This document shows, piece after piece, positions 1 through 9,342 of a stretch of DNA of 64,000 nt. Every line of letters starts with the position of its first letter. Position 1 is the first letter of the stretch. The notes beneath the pieces were generated by a model. The model worked only from the letters and a program-made list of their open reading frames with translations, made no database searches and was not told where the DNA came from. The translations under genes were made by a program, and so were the position numbers. The stretch is from Vulcanimicrobiales bacterium (lineage in GTDB: Bacteria > Vulcanimicrobiota > Vulcanimicrobiia > Vulcanimicrobiales > Vulcanimicrobiaceae), in assembly GCA_038215615.1 (NCBI GenBank), contig JBBQQR010000010.1, forward strand, positions 1 to 64,000, written 5' to 3'.

Positions 1-56
1 AAAGTCTGGCCGAAGGTCAGCGTTGGCGGCCACGCCGAGGACGTGTTGCAATCAAT

Positions 57-2687
57 CTAAGGCTTTAGAGGCGAGAGGCCTTGCAATAAAGTGCCGCGTT
101 CGTGCGCGGAGGCGAGTACATCCGGCCGAATCGGCTCGGCGAGAAAGTATCCCTGCACGAGCCGGCATCCGGCTTGTTCCAGCCAACGCAGCTGCTCGGC
201 ATTTTCAACACCTTCGGCGACGACTTCAAAATTTAGTGCTTGGGCGAGTTCCAAAATGGCGTGGACGATCGCAACGTCGGCCGCGCCATCCGGAATGCTG
301 CGGATGAAGCTCTTGTCGATTTTTATCGTGTCAATGGGCAGATCTTTCAGGCGCGAGAGCGACGAGTAGTCCGTGCCGAAATCATCTAAGCTGATGCGAA
401 TACCGGCGGCCTGACAGCTCGCTAGACTGTTTCGTGTTTGAACGGCCTGGCTAAGCGCTGTCGATTCCGTGATTTCCAACGCGAGGTCGTTCGGAGAAGC
501 GCCCGTGGTTTCAAGATACTTTGAGAGGCGAGTAAAAAAGAGTTCGTCTTGAAATTCTCTGATTGAAATGTTCACCGCCACTTTGACGTGCAGACCGGCT
601 TTTTTCCAGCGCACGCTTTGAGCGAGCGCCTCTTCCAGAACCCAGGCGCCAATCGGAATGATCAGCCCGGTCTGTTCCGCGAATCGGATGAAATGTTCGG
701 GCAGGACGGTCCCTTTCTCCGGATGATCCCAGCGTAAAAGGGCTTCGACCGAGTCTAGTTTGCGGGAACGCACATTCACGATGGGCTGATAGAGCAAGTG
801 GAAATATCCGTCGGAAAGCGCCATGCGCAAATCGCGTTCCAGCGCGGCTTGATCCATGGCATCGTGATGCATATGCGGCTTGAAAAACTCGAACCGGTCT
901 CCTCCTTGGGCCTTGGCTTTATACATGGCCGTGTCGGCGTTCCGAACGAGATCGTCGGCCGTGAGCCCATCGCCGGGATACAGGCAGATTCCTACGCTGG
1001 CGCTGCTGGTAAACGATTGCCCCTTTAACATGTGAGGAGTCCGCAGGCTGGTCAGGATGTTTTCTACGATCGGAAGCACGCCGTCGGCGCCGCCGACGCC
1101 CTCGAGCAGAACGATAAATTCGTCGCCCCCAATGCGCGAGACCGTGTCGCCGTTGCGTACACAAGCGGTCAAACGGTCAGCCGTCGTGCGAAGAACCTGA
1201 TCGCCTAGACCGTGCCCCACGGAGTCGTTAACAAATTTGAAGCGATCCAAATCGAGGAAAAGCAGGGCTAGCCGCCCGCCTTGATGATGAGCGGTAATCA
1301 TGGTGCGGCGCAAGCGATCCTGTAGGAGGTAGCGATTGGGAAGGTCCGTGAGGGAATCGTGCCGCGCTAAGTGGTGAAGGCTTTCTTCGGCTTCGCGACG
1401 TTCGGTGATGTCGAGGCCCGTTCCGTAAAGTTTGATCGGGGCTCCGTCATTACCGTAGATAAACTGGCCGCGCGCCTGCACCCAGCGTATGGCTCCTTGG
1501 GGTTGCACGATGCGATGTTCGTGTAGGTAAGGGACCTTCGTTTTTAGAGCCTCGCCGATGGCTTCTTGGAACGACACCAAATCGTCGGGATGCACGAGCT
1601 CGTAGTAACTCTGTTCTTTTAGGGCAGTCTCCCTCGGAACTCCGAACATGTTGTAGAGATTGTCGGACCAAAGGAGTTCACTTGTAGCCAAGTCGACTTC
1701 CCAAAACCCCAGCCGGCCCACTTCTTGTGAGAGATTTAGCCGTTCTACCGTCTCCCGGAGAGCCTCTTCGGCGAATTCTTGATCAGCGCGCCGTAAGGTA
1801 GACAATTCCTCGTGCGACGATGCCAGAGAGCGATACAATTGCGTGATTTGACCAAAAAATACGACTACCATGATCCCGGATGAAGAGAGGCTAAAAACCT
1901 TGCCGGCGTACCAGCCCGTTGTAAAGCGATTGCAAGCGCCGCCCAGTATTGCGTCGAGCATCGACGCCAATACAGCGATACTCATCCACAGGTAAACGCT
2001 CTGCACGTGCCGGGAGCGCAGAACGAGCCCCGCGATCGCCAGTATATCCGTTACAACGATGATCGGCAGCACGCTCAGGAGCATCGTTCGCGAAAATGCG
2101 AAGTGACGGATCAACACGGGAAGGTGGGCGGAATAGTGGATCGTGGCTGCCGTGGCCGACACCGCAACGAATCCGCACGTTAGGCATAAAGCCGCCACGA
2201 TAATGCGGCAGCGCTCCCGAGTCGCAACCAGCCCGGAACTTCGGCGGAGGCAAAGACCCGCAATGACGGCCACCGGAAATGACAGGTGCCACAGAGTCCA
2301 CATGACGACCGACGTTTGTTGGCCGCCACCGAACAAGCCGGCCGGTGAAAGAACTCCGGGGAACGATACCAAGTAGGCGGCAACGAAGAATGCAGAGGCT
2401 GTAAATCCGGTGCCGAATGCAGCTAAAAACGACTCTCTGCTCTCGATAAACTGACGGAAGAGCAGGTATGCGGAGAGTGACGCGGTGGCCAGGACGGCGC
2501 CCATCAGAATAGTAAGGGCGCCCGGCAATACTGCCGCCGGGTTGCGGAAAAAGAAGATGCCGGTCGTTGCTGCGGCGATCATCCCGCAAGCTATCCAGAA
2601 AGCCAGGCGCCGCTCGTGTTGTGCCGACAGAGCCCGAGCGAAATGTATTATGGGGGGATTCTGAGCTTCGGCGGTCTCGTTCACCAA
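57..2687 (-). CDS. Membrane sensor (MASE4-like)-PAS-GGDEF-EAL c-di-GMP cyclase/phosphodiesterase
   Basis: Multiple N-terminal hydrophobic helices with GG.Q...W..WH..FP pattern; PAS/PAC segment (VHPDD, IRWV); GGDEF motif with upstream RxxD; EALLRW and DDFGTDYSSL. Confidence 0.92.
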   Translation of the reverse strand: MVNETAEAQNPPIIHFARALSAQHERRLAFWIACGMIAAATTGIFFFRNPAAVLPGALTILMGAVLATASLSAYLLFRQFIESRESFLAAFGTGFTASAFFVAAYLVSFPGVLSPAGLFGGGQQTSVVMWTLWHLSFPVAVIAGLCLRRSSGLVATRERCRIIVAALCLTCGFVAVSATAATIHYSAHLPVLIRHFAFSRTMLLSVLPIIVVTDILAIAGLVLRSRHVQSVYLWMSIAVLASMLDAILGGACNRFTTGWYAGKVFSLSSSGIMVVVFFGQITQLYRSLASSHEELSTLRRADQEFAEEALRETVERLNLSQEVGRLGFWEVDLATSELLWSDNLYNMFGVPRETALKEQSYYELVHPDDLVSFQEAIGEALKTKVPYLHEHRIVQPQGAIRWVQARGQFIYGNDGAPIKLYGTGLDITERREAEESLHHLARHDSLTDLPNRYLLQDRLRRTMITAHHQGGRLALLFLDLDRFKFVNDSVGHGLGDQVLRTTADRLTACVRNGDTVSRIGGDEFIVLLEGVGGADGVLPIVENILTSLRTPHMLKGQSFTSSASVGICLYPGDGLTADDLVRNADTAMYKAKAQGGDRFEFFKPHMHHDAMDQAALERDLRMALSDGYFHLLYQPIVNVRSRKLDSVEALLRWDHPEKGTVLPEHFIRFAEQTGLIIPIGAWVLEEALAQSVRWKKAGLHVKVAVNISIREFQDELFFTRLSKYLETTGASPNDLALEITESTALSQAVQTRNSLASCQAAGIRISLDDFGTDYSSLSRLKDLPIDTIKIDKSFIRSIPDGAADVAIVHAILELAQALNFEVVAEGVENAEQLRWLEQAGCRLVQGYFLAEPIRPDVLASAHERGTLLQGLSPLKP

Positions 2688-2745
2688 TATCTATTACTGC
2701 GGCAGGCGGCGGGAACCGCTTGGCAAGACGAAACCTTAACGCAAA

Positions 2746-3297
2746 TCAATTTTCGGTTTTAGCTTCGCCGCGCGGTAGCGAGAACTGGAGAAGCGAGCGT
2801 ACCGGCGCAAGACCGCGGCTGACGACGGCGCAGCACGTGACGCGTAATTTGAGTTCTTCGAGCCGATCTTTGGCCGCGAGCAGTTCGCGCGCAGTCGTGA
2901 CGACGTCCTCGAGGAGCAGGACGCGCTGCCCGGCTTCGTACGCCCCTTCGACGTACTCACCGGCGAACGCGCCGTAGCCTTTGGGTTTTTTGCGCACGGC
3001 GATCATGGGCAGGTTCGCGAGCTGTGAAACCGCAGTGGCGATCACGACGCCGCCGAGCTCCGTGCCGCCGATGAGATCCGGATTCACCTCGGAGATAACC
3101 GGAACGAAGAGCCGCGCGATCCGCCGCAAGACGTGCGGATCAGAAAACAGCCGGAACTTGTCGATGTAATAATCGCTTCGCGTGCCGCCCGCGAGCATGT
3201 AGTCGCCGCGGGTCAGCGCGCGTTCAACGATGATCTTGCGCAGCCAGTTGATATCGGGCAGGCGCGCGAGCGATTCGTTGGAGCCTAAATACTCCAC
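2746..3297 (-). CDS. pyrE: Orotate phosphoribosyltransferase-like type I PRTase
   Basis: LAGGTRSDYYID, VRKKPKGYG loop, LLLEDVVTT PRPP-binding loop; exact start uncertain. Confidence 0.75.
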   Translation of the reverse strand: MEYLGSNESLARLPDINWLRKIIVERALTRGDYMLAGGTRSDYYIDKFRLFSDPHVLRRIARLFVPVISEVNPDLIGGTELGGVVIATAVSQLANLPMIAVRKKPKGYGAFAGEYVEGAYEAGQRVLLLEDVVTTARELLAAKDRLEELKLRVTCCAVVSRGLAPVRSLLQFSLPRGEAKTEN

Positions 3298-4952
3298 TGC
3301 CAGGCGTTCCAGGACTCGGTCACCGGATTGGGTGCAAAGCCCTTAAACTTGATGCTGATCGGATGCATCGCGCGCTGATCGTAGATAAAGATCTCGGGGA
3401 GGTCGCGCGCGAGGTAGGTTTGGATCAGGTCATAGGCTTTTTTGCGCGTCGGCCGGTCGTAATTGTTAAGCGCAATTTTTTGCGCCGCTTCCATATCCGG
3501 GTTGCAGTAACGCGAGTAGTTGTATCCTTTTGGCGCCATGTTCGCGCAAGCGTATTGTGAAGCGTCATCGGGATCGATGCCCGCATACCACCCGGCTAAG
3601 CTCAGGTCGAACTTGCCGCTTTGCAAGATGCCCCCCTCGCCGGCCGGCGCGAAGAGCACATCGCCCGGGTAGTATTTGATATCGGCGACGATGCCGACTT
3701 GGTGCAGCATCTGCTGCATCTCGATGCTGTTCTTGCGACGCGTTACGTTGCTGTTGTTGCTGACCAGCGTCAACGAGAGCGGCTGGCCGTCCTTCATCAT
3801 GATGCCGTCGACAGCGCGCGGCTTATAGCCAGCGTCTGTAAGCTCTTTACGAGCCGCCTGAATGTTCGGCGGATACTGCTGGACGTTCGGGTAGTACGAC
3901 CACATCCAGAACGGCTGATCTTCGACCGCGATGCGAGTCTGCCCAAAGGTCAGCGTGTCCACGATGCGCTTCTTGTCGATCGCAAATGCGACGGCGCGCC
4001 GCACGTGCATATCGTTTAGCGTTCGGCCCTTCTCGACGTTGAGTTGGACGTCTTCATACCCGTTCACGTCCACCCACGCCAGGCAGACACCGGGAATATG
4101 TTTGACCTGCGGATAGTTGCTGAGCGACGCCTCGAACATCCAGTCAAGCGCATGCGTCTGCAGCATCGAGCGCATCGTGTTTTCGTCGGGCACGACCTTT
4201 ATGATAATTTTCGCCAGGCCCGGTTTCCCCATCACGAAGTTGTCATTGGCAACGTAGGTGAGGTGATCGCCGTGGGCCCATTCCTGGAATTTGAACGGGC
4301 CGTCGCTGACGGTCGGTGCCGAATTGAATGCGATCTGGTTGATGTTCGGATACTTGGCGAGCACGTGCGCCGGCACGACCGGATACGGCTGGTCGCTGTC
4401 CGCGAAGAACGTATTGATGATCGGCGCGAATTTGCGCGTCAGGTGCACGACGACCGTGTAGGGGTCGGGCGTGTCTACACTCTTAACGAAGTCGTAGCCG
4501 TGGCGCGAAATAATGTTGTTACTGTCGCTCATGATCGCTTGCCACGACCACTTGACATCCTTGCTGGTCACCGGGACTCCGTCGGTCCATTTGACGTTCT
4601 TGCGCAGATGGTAGGTGATCGTCAAGCCATCTTTGCTGATCCCGCCGTTTTCGAGCGTGGGCACTTCGCTTGCCAGCGAAGGAACCGGATCGCCCTTCGG
4701 ATCGGCATGCAGGAGCGGAAGAAAAGCCAGGAATTGGATCATTCCGTCGGTCGTGTTCGAACTCAGCAGCGGGTTGAGGTTCTTAATGTCTTGCTGAATG
4801 GAGATGCGCAGCGTTCCGCGCGTCGCATTTGCGGCGGGCGGATCGGCGGGTGCGCCGCACGATAGCGAATTGACGGCGGTCGCTCCGCCGCCGGTCTTAG
4901 TGCAGCCGGCGAGCATCGAGACGATCAGAACGGCAACGACGAAATGTTTCAT
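3285..4952 (-). CDS. Peptide ABC transporter substrate-binding lipoprotein (family 5)
   Basis: Lipobox LAGC; TITYHLRKNVKWTDGVPVTSKDV family-5 signature; GPFKF. Confidence 0.92.
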   Translation of the reverse strand: MKHFVVAVLIVSMLAGCTKTGGGATAVNSLSCGAPADPPAANATRGTLRISIQQDIKNLNPLLSSNTTDGMIQFLAFLPLLHADPKGDPVPSLASEVPTLENGGISKDGLTITYHLRKNVKWTDGVPVTSKDVKWSWQAIMSDSNNIISRHGYDFVKSVDTPDPYTVVVHLTRKFAPIINTFFADSDQPYPVVPAHVLAKYPNINQIAFNSAPTVSDGPFKFQEWAHGDHLTYVANDNFVMGKPGLAKIIIKVVPDENTMRSMLQTHALDWMFEASLSNYPQVKHIPGVCLAWVDVNGYEDVQLNVEKGRTLNDMHVRRAVAFAIDKKRIVDTLTFGQTRIAVEDQPFWMWSYYPNVQQYPPNIQAARKELTDAGYKPRAVDGIMMKDGQPLSLTLVSNNSNVTRRKNSIEMQQMLHQVGIVADIKYYPGDVLFAPAGEGGILQSGKFDLSLAGWYAGIDPDDASQYACANMAPKGYNYSRYCNPDMEAAQKIALNNYDRPTRKKAYDLIQTYLARDLPEIFIYDQRAMHPISIKFKGFAPNPVTESWNAWQWSI

Positions 4953-4959
4953 GTTTTCC

Positions 4960-6999
4960 TTAAACCGCAGCTTTCGGAGCAGACCATTTGCCTGGTACGG
5001 GATCGAAGCGCTCGTGCCGCCAGGAATACGTGCCGAGCCCTTGTGTAGCAGTTCGTAGTTCGGTGATGTAGCGCGCCAGCTCCACTTGCGGCACGTACGC
5101 TTCGATCGTGTCGCAGCCGGGCTTGTCGGCCGGGTTCATACCCAGAATCTGCCCGCGTTTGCCGGTGAGCTGCTGTATAACGGAAGAGGTATGGTTCGAA
5201 GGCACGGTGACCGCCACATGCACGATCGGTTCGAGCACGACCGGATTACACTTGGGCATTGCATCGCGCACGCCCATGCCAGCGGCTGTCTTGAACGCTT
5301 GTTCGCTCGAGTCCACATCGTGGTAAGCGCCGTCGAAGAGCACGACGTGCACGTCCGTCACCGGATATCCGCCGACGCTGCCGTGCATGAGCGCTTCGCG
5401 CACACCCTTTTCGACCGCGCCGAAAAATTGACGCGGAACGACACCGCCGACGACTTTCACTTCGAACGTGACGCCGTGACCGCGATCTTGGGGCGCGAAG
5501 CGCAGCCAAACATCGGCGAATTGCCCGTGGCCGCCCGTTTGGTGTTTGTAGCGCGAATGCACTTCGGTGCCGGCCGTGAGCGTCTCTTGATAAGGGATCA
5601 TGGGAGGCGCGGTCATCACCTCGACTTTGAATTTTCGAGTCAGGCGTTCGACGGCAATCGCCACGTGCTGTTCGCCGTTGCCGAGCAGCAAAAGTTCGTT
5701 GGTGATCGGGGCGCGCTCCAAGCGCAGTGACGGGTCTTCGTCGATGATGCGCGCGAGCATCTGCGAAATTTTCGCCTCGTCCATCCGCTCTTTTGGTCGA
5801 ATCGCGACGGCGAAAACCGGCGCGTTGGCCGGAACGCGCGGTAAGAGGACCTTGAAATTATTCTCCGTCAGAGTGTCGCCGGTGGCGACACTTTCCATAC
5901 GCGCGATTGCCACGATACTTCCCGGCCCTGCCTCAGGGACCGCTTCCTGTTTCTTCCCTTGCAAACGGTAGAGTCCACCGGATCGGACTTTTTCGCCGCC
6001 CTTGGTGATGTTGGTCAACGTGGCGTCAGATTTTAGCGTGCCCGAGATCACGCGCACGATCGAGAGTTTTCCGGATTGCGGATGAATCGACGTTTTAATC
6101 ACTTGTGCGATCGCGGGACCATCGGCTTTCGATTCGATCGGGCAGCCTTCGGCATCGAGCACCGGCGCATCGGCCGGCGAAGGGAACCATTTTTCCATCG
6201 CGCGGACAAGCGCGTCGACGCCGTAACCGGGAAGACCCGCGGCGACCAGCACCGGTACGATCTGGTCGTGCGCGCACTCCAGGCAGAGATCTTTCTCGAC
6301 CTCGTCCAGCGGCGGCTCGACGCCTTCGAGCAGCTCTTCCATAAGGTGGTCGTCGAAATCGGCCATCGCTTCGAGCAGCTCCGCATGTGCTTTAGCAACG
6401 CGATCTTGCATCTCGGGCGGCACGCCGGTCTCCTTTTCACCCGTGCCGTCGTACTGGTGCGCTTTGCCGGCGGCTAAATCCACGTAGCCGCTAAAACTTT
6501 CGGCCGAGCCGATCGGGAGCTGTTCGGCCACCACGTGGCGTCCGTATGCGCTTTGCAGCGCTTCGAGCGTGCGCGTGAAGTCCGAACCCGGACGGTCGAG
6601 TTTGTTGATCACAAACAGGTGCGGCATCTTGCGCGATTCCATGAAATCGATCAGCGCTTGTGTCTGCGGAACGCGCGCCGGCTCCCCGTCGAGCACCACG
6701 ATCGCCGCATCGCAGCCGGAAACGGCGATTTTTGCTTCCTCGAAAAAATCGATGAAACCCGGGCAGTCTACGAGCGTCATGTCAACACCGTCCGCCGTAC
6801 AGTGGGCAAAGCCGACCGTGGTGGACTGGGCGTGCCCGATGCATTCCGGTTCGTAATCCGTCATGCTGGTGCCGTCGGTGACCGCGCCCCTGCGGCTGGT
6901 GGCGCCGCAATGCGAGAGAATCGCTTCCACCAGCGTCGTCTTGCCGGCATGGTGAGTTCCGACGATGGCGATATTACGAACGCGCGAGATGTCCGTCAT
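4960..6999 (-). CDS. Elongation factor G-like protein (EF-G2 type)
   Basis: RNIAIVG.HAGKTTL, DCPG, NKLD, HQTGGHGQF, YHDVDSSE, ELRTATQG; 679 aa. Confidence 0.93.
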   Translation of the reverse strand: MTDISRVRNIAIVGTHHAGKTTLVEAILSHCGATSRRGAVTDGTSMTDYEPECIGHAQSTTVGFAHCTADGVDMTLVDCPGFIDFFEEAKIAVSGCDAAIVVLDGEPARVPQTQALIDFMESRKMPHLFVINKLDRPGSDFTRTLEALQSAYGRHVVAEQLPIGSAESFSGYVDLAAGKAHQYDGTGEKETGVPPEMQDRVAKAHAELLEAMADFDDHLMEELLEGVEPPLDEVEKDLCLECAHDQIVPVLVAAGLPGYGVDALVRAMEKWFPSPADAPVLDAEGCPIESKADGPAIAQVIKTSIHPQSGKLSIVRVISGTLKSDATLTNITKGGEKVRSGGLYRLQGKKQEAVPEAGPGSIVAIARMESVATGDTLTENNFKVLLPRVPANAPVFAVAIRPKERMDEAKISQMLARIIDEDPSLRLERAPITNELLLLGNGEQHVAIAVERLTRKFKVEVMTAPPMIPYQETLTAGTEVHSRYKHQTGGHGQFADVWLRFAPQDRGHGVTFEVKVVGGVVPRQFFGAVEKGVREALMHGSVGGYPVTDVHVVLFDGAYHDVDSSEQAFKTAAGMGVRDAMPKCNPVVLEPIVHVAVTVPSNHTSSVIQQLTGKRGQILGMNPADKPGCDTIEAYVPQVELARYITELRTATQGLGTYSWRHERFDPVPGKWSAPKAAV

Positions 7000-7020
7000 G
7001 GCAAGCTCTCCTTGGAGCAG

Positions 7021-8454
7021 TTAACGTTTTTTGCGGACCGGGGCTTTCTTTTTGGCAGCCTTGGGTGCGGGTTTCTTGACCGCAGCTTTTTTGGGCGCGA
7101 CTTTTTTCGGCGCAACTTTTTTCTTAGGCGCCTGCGCGGCTTTTTTCACCGCAAGTTTTTTGGGCGCGGGTTTCTTCGCCGCCGGTTTGGTCTTTTTGAC
7201 CGCGGGGCGGGCCGTTTTCTTCACGGCGACGGGTTTCTTTTTCACTGCCGCCGCTTTAACGGGTTTAGCCGGCTTAACGGCTTTGACTGCCTTCGCCGCG
7301 ACTTTGCGCGCGGGCGGTCTGAGCAGCCGTTTCGAGAGGCGCGCGGGGGCTGCGGTTTTCTTTTTCTTGCGGCCGCGCAGCGCGCGTTCCTCGGCTTCGT
7401 CGCGCTCGGGTAAGCCGAGCTCGGCGCGCCCGTAACCGCTGATGCTGCTGCCGGCCTGAACCGCCGGCTCCTGCGCCATTACTTTCTGCATATGCTCTTT
7501 GGTCGCGCGCAGCGCAACGCGCGCCAGCCGCCCGGCGACCGGGAAAACTAACTCGTTGATCTTCGCTTCGTCGAGCAGTTTGAGAACGATCTCGAAGGCG
7601 CTGCCTTGATCCTTCGGGCTGTGGGCGTCGGAACCGACGGCAATCCCCACGCCTTTATTCTTGGCTTTCTTCATCAGGCGCAGCAGCGCGTCACGATATT
7701 TCTGTTTTTGCTCGGCCGGATTGTCGCGGTAAATGAAACGCGTGTTGATTTCGATAGCGAAACCTCGCGCGGCACACGCGTCCAGCACGCGGTTTTCATA
7801 CTGCTCGAGCCGTTTCATGTCGGGCCAGTTGCCGAAGACGGCCGGCGCATAGATATGCGCGACGATTTGCCCAGGCAGCTTCTCGATGTCGTCGATCAAT
7901 TTTGCGACGTACATCTCCCACGCTTTTTGCGTGCCGACGACGGCGAAGAGATCCTTAAACTCGGGATTGTCAAAAGGCCACGGCCAGTCCGCGCCTTTCT
8001 CCGGATGTTCGATCGTGAGAAAATGTACGGAACGGATCATGCCGTCGGGCTTCATCGCGTCGACAATGTTCTGAGCGTCGGGACGCGCGCGGGGATCGTC
8101 GTCGATCTCAGCGCCGATCGAAAAACGCATGCCTTTGCGTAGCCCTTCGGAAACGACCGCCGCGTGCGCGACGTCGACGCCGGCGGTTTCAGCCGCGCCG
8201 TATAAGTCGCCGGCCTCGGCCAACTTCAGCGCGCGCCGCACCGTGTTGACCGCGCCCGGATCTTCGAACGTCAGATAGTTGATATGGTCGGAAACCATGA
8301 GGAAGCGCGGCGACCCCCGCTGGCATGCATGGAAAAACCACAAAAAAAGCATACGCGCGGAGTATGCGATGGGGCGTTCCTCGGCAAACGGTTTGTGTTC
8401 GCCCTTGGCGTGGCCGTGAACGTCGGGGATGGCGGCGGTGCGGGGGTCGCTCAG
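7021..8454 (-). CDS. PHP-family (histidinol-phosphatase-like) phosphoesterase with Lys/Ala/Pro-rich histone-H1-like C-terminal tail; proposed CTG start
   Basis: The reading frame continues upstream of the ORF-track start (8352) and encodes DVHGH; VSDH, EIN and GSDAH motifs follow; AAGGAG lies 6 nt before CTG at 8454; the C-terminus is AKK/PAKK-rich. Confidence 0.8.
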   Translation of the reverse strand: MSDPRTAAIPDVHGHAKGEHKPFAEERPIAYSARMLFLWFFHACQRGSPRFLMVSDHINYLTFEDPGAVNTVRRALKLAEAGDLYGAAETAGVDVAHAAVVSEGLRKGMRFSIGAEIDDDPRARPDAQNIVDAMKPDGMIRSVHFLTIEHPEKGADWPWPFDNPEFKDLFAVVGTQKAWEMYVAKLIDDIEKLPGQIVAHIYAPAVFGNWPDMKRLEQYENRVLDACAARGFAIEINTRFIYRDNPAEQKQKYRDALLRLMKKAKNKGVGIAVGSDAHSPKDQGSAFEIVLKLLDEAKINELVFPVAGRLARVALRATKEHMQKVMAQEPAVQAGSSISGYGRAELGLPERDEAEERALRGRKKKKTAAPARLSKRLLRPPARKVAAKAVKAVKPAKPVKAAAVKKKPVAVKKTARPAVKKTKPAAKKPAPKKLAVKKAAQAPKKKVAPKKVAPKKAAVKKPAPKAAKKKAPVRKKR

Positions 8455-8464
8455 ATCATTCTCC

Positions 8465-9130
8465 TTAGACTCCGGCCGCCGCAGCTTGCCTGCCGGCGTT
8501 GCGCCTTTCGATCGAAGGGATGGTGGCGGCTATGGCCAGTTCGATCGCGCGATTCATTAATTCCAGAGACATTGAGGGACTGTTTCCCGCTCCGGCTGCA
8601 ATGGCTTGCTCGGGGAGGTAGGGCAGATGGATGAATCCGGCCGTCACCGGAGGCGAGACCGACTCAGCGATGCCCAAGACCTCATACAAAATTTGATTGC
8701 AGAGATAGGTTCCGGCCGAATTTGAGACGTAGCCGGGCACGCCTTCGCGCTGCCAGGCCTCGACGATGTCGGCAATAGGCATGGGGGAGAGCCGCGCATC
8801 GGGGCCGCCCCGCAGAATCGGCTCGTTCGTGCGTTCCTCGCCCGCGTTGTCGGGCTGCTCGAAGTCGAGCATATTCACGGCCACGCGTTCCAGCGAGACC
8901 GCGGTGCGGCCGGCGGCGAGACCCGTGCAAACGACCAACTCAGGCTGCTCCTCTTCAAATGCTTGGCGCAGGCGATCGCCTACGCCCGATGTCTCCACCG
9001 GAAAAACCCGTGCGACGACACGGCGCCCCGCGATGAGGCGCCCTTCCAGACTGCGCGCGACCAATTCGCTGGGGTTGACGCTGCTGCCGCCAAACGGCTC
9101 GAACCCCGTCACGAGAACCGAACTTGACAC
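8465..9130 (-). CDS. pcp: Pyroglutamyl-peptidase I (C15)
   Basis: VLVTGFEPFGG, LERVAVN, SAGTYLCN, GFIHLP catalytic motifs. Confidence 0.95.
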   Translation of the reverse strand: MSSSVLVTGFEPFGGSSVNPSELVARSLEGRLIAGRRVVARVFPVETSGVGDRLRQAFEEEQPELVVCTGLAAGRTAVSLERVAVNMLDFEQPDNAGEERTNEPILRGGPDARLSPMPIADIVEAWQREGVPGYVSNSAGTYLCNQILYEVLGIAESVSPPVTAGFIHLPYLPEQAIAAGAGNSPSMSLELMNRAIELAIAATIPSIERRNAGRQAAAAGV

Positions 9131-9148
9131 CGGTAAAAAGGTTAGGTG

Positions 9149-9176
9149 AAAAAAAGCCGGCTCCTACGAGCCGGCT
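9149..9176 (-). terminator. Intrinsic terminator
   Basis: Minus strand AGCCGGCTC-GTAG-GAGCCGGCT followed by a T run. Confidence 0.8.
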
Positions 9177-9198
9177 GGACTTGTGGTACCGCTGCCGC

Positions 9199-9270
9199 CT
9201 ACGAGGCGGCACCTCTTTTCATCGTAATGGTGTAAAAACGCTTATGACTATCGATACTTACGATGACCAC
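9199..9270 (-). other. Candidate micro-ORF/leader peptide (about 20-23 aa, ...SIDSHKRFYTITMKRGAAS)
   Basis: Strong SD-like GGAGGAGGTG; open frame ending at a TAG within a hairpin; terminator follows; start codon ambiguous. Confidence 0.35.
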
Positions 9271-9342
9271 CTCCTCCGTCCGGCTGTTTGCCCTCTTTCG
9301 TATATTTCTGAGGGAACCGCGGACTAATTTGAAAGCCGACGT

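Noticed and set aside
7031..7435. Hydrophobic Phe/Ala-rich plus-strand ORF resembling a membrane protein
   Set aside because: It is the antisense shadow of the Lys/Ala-rich tail
9131..9342. Possible tmRNA, SRP, 6S or tRNA gene in this gap
   Set aside because: No tRNA-like ends, T-loop or SRP motif visible; kept only as a micro-ORF/leader candidate
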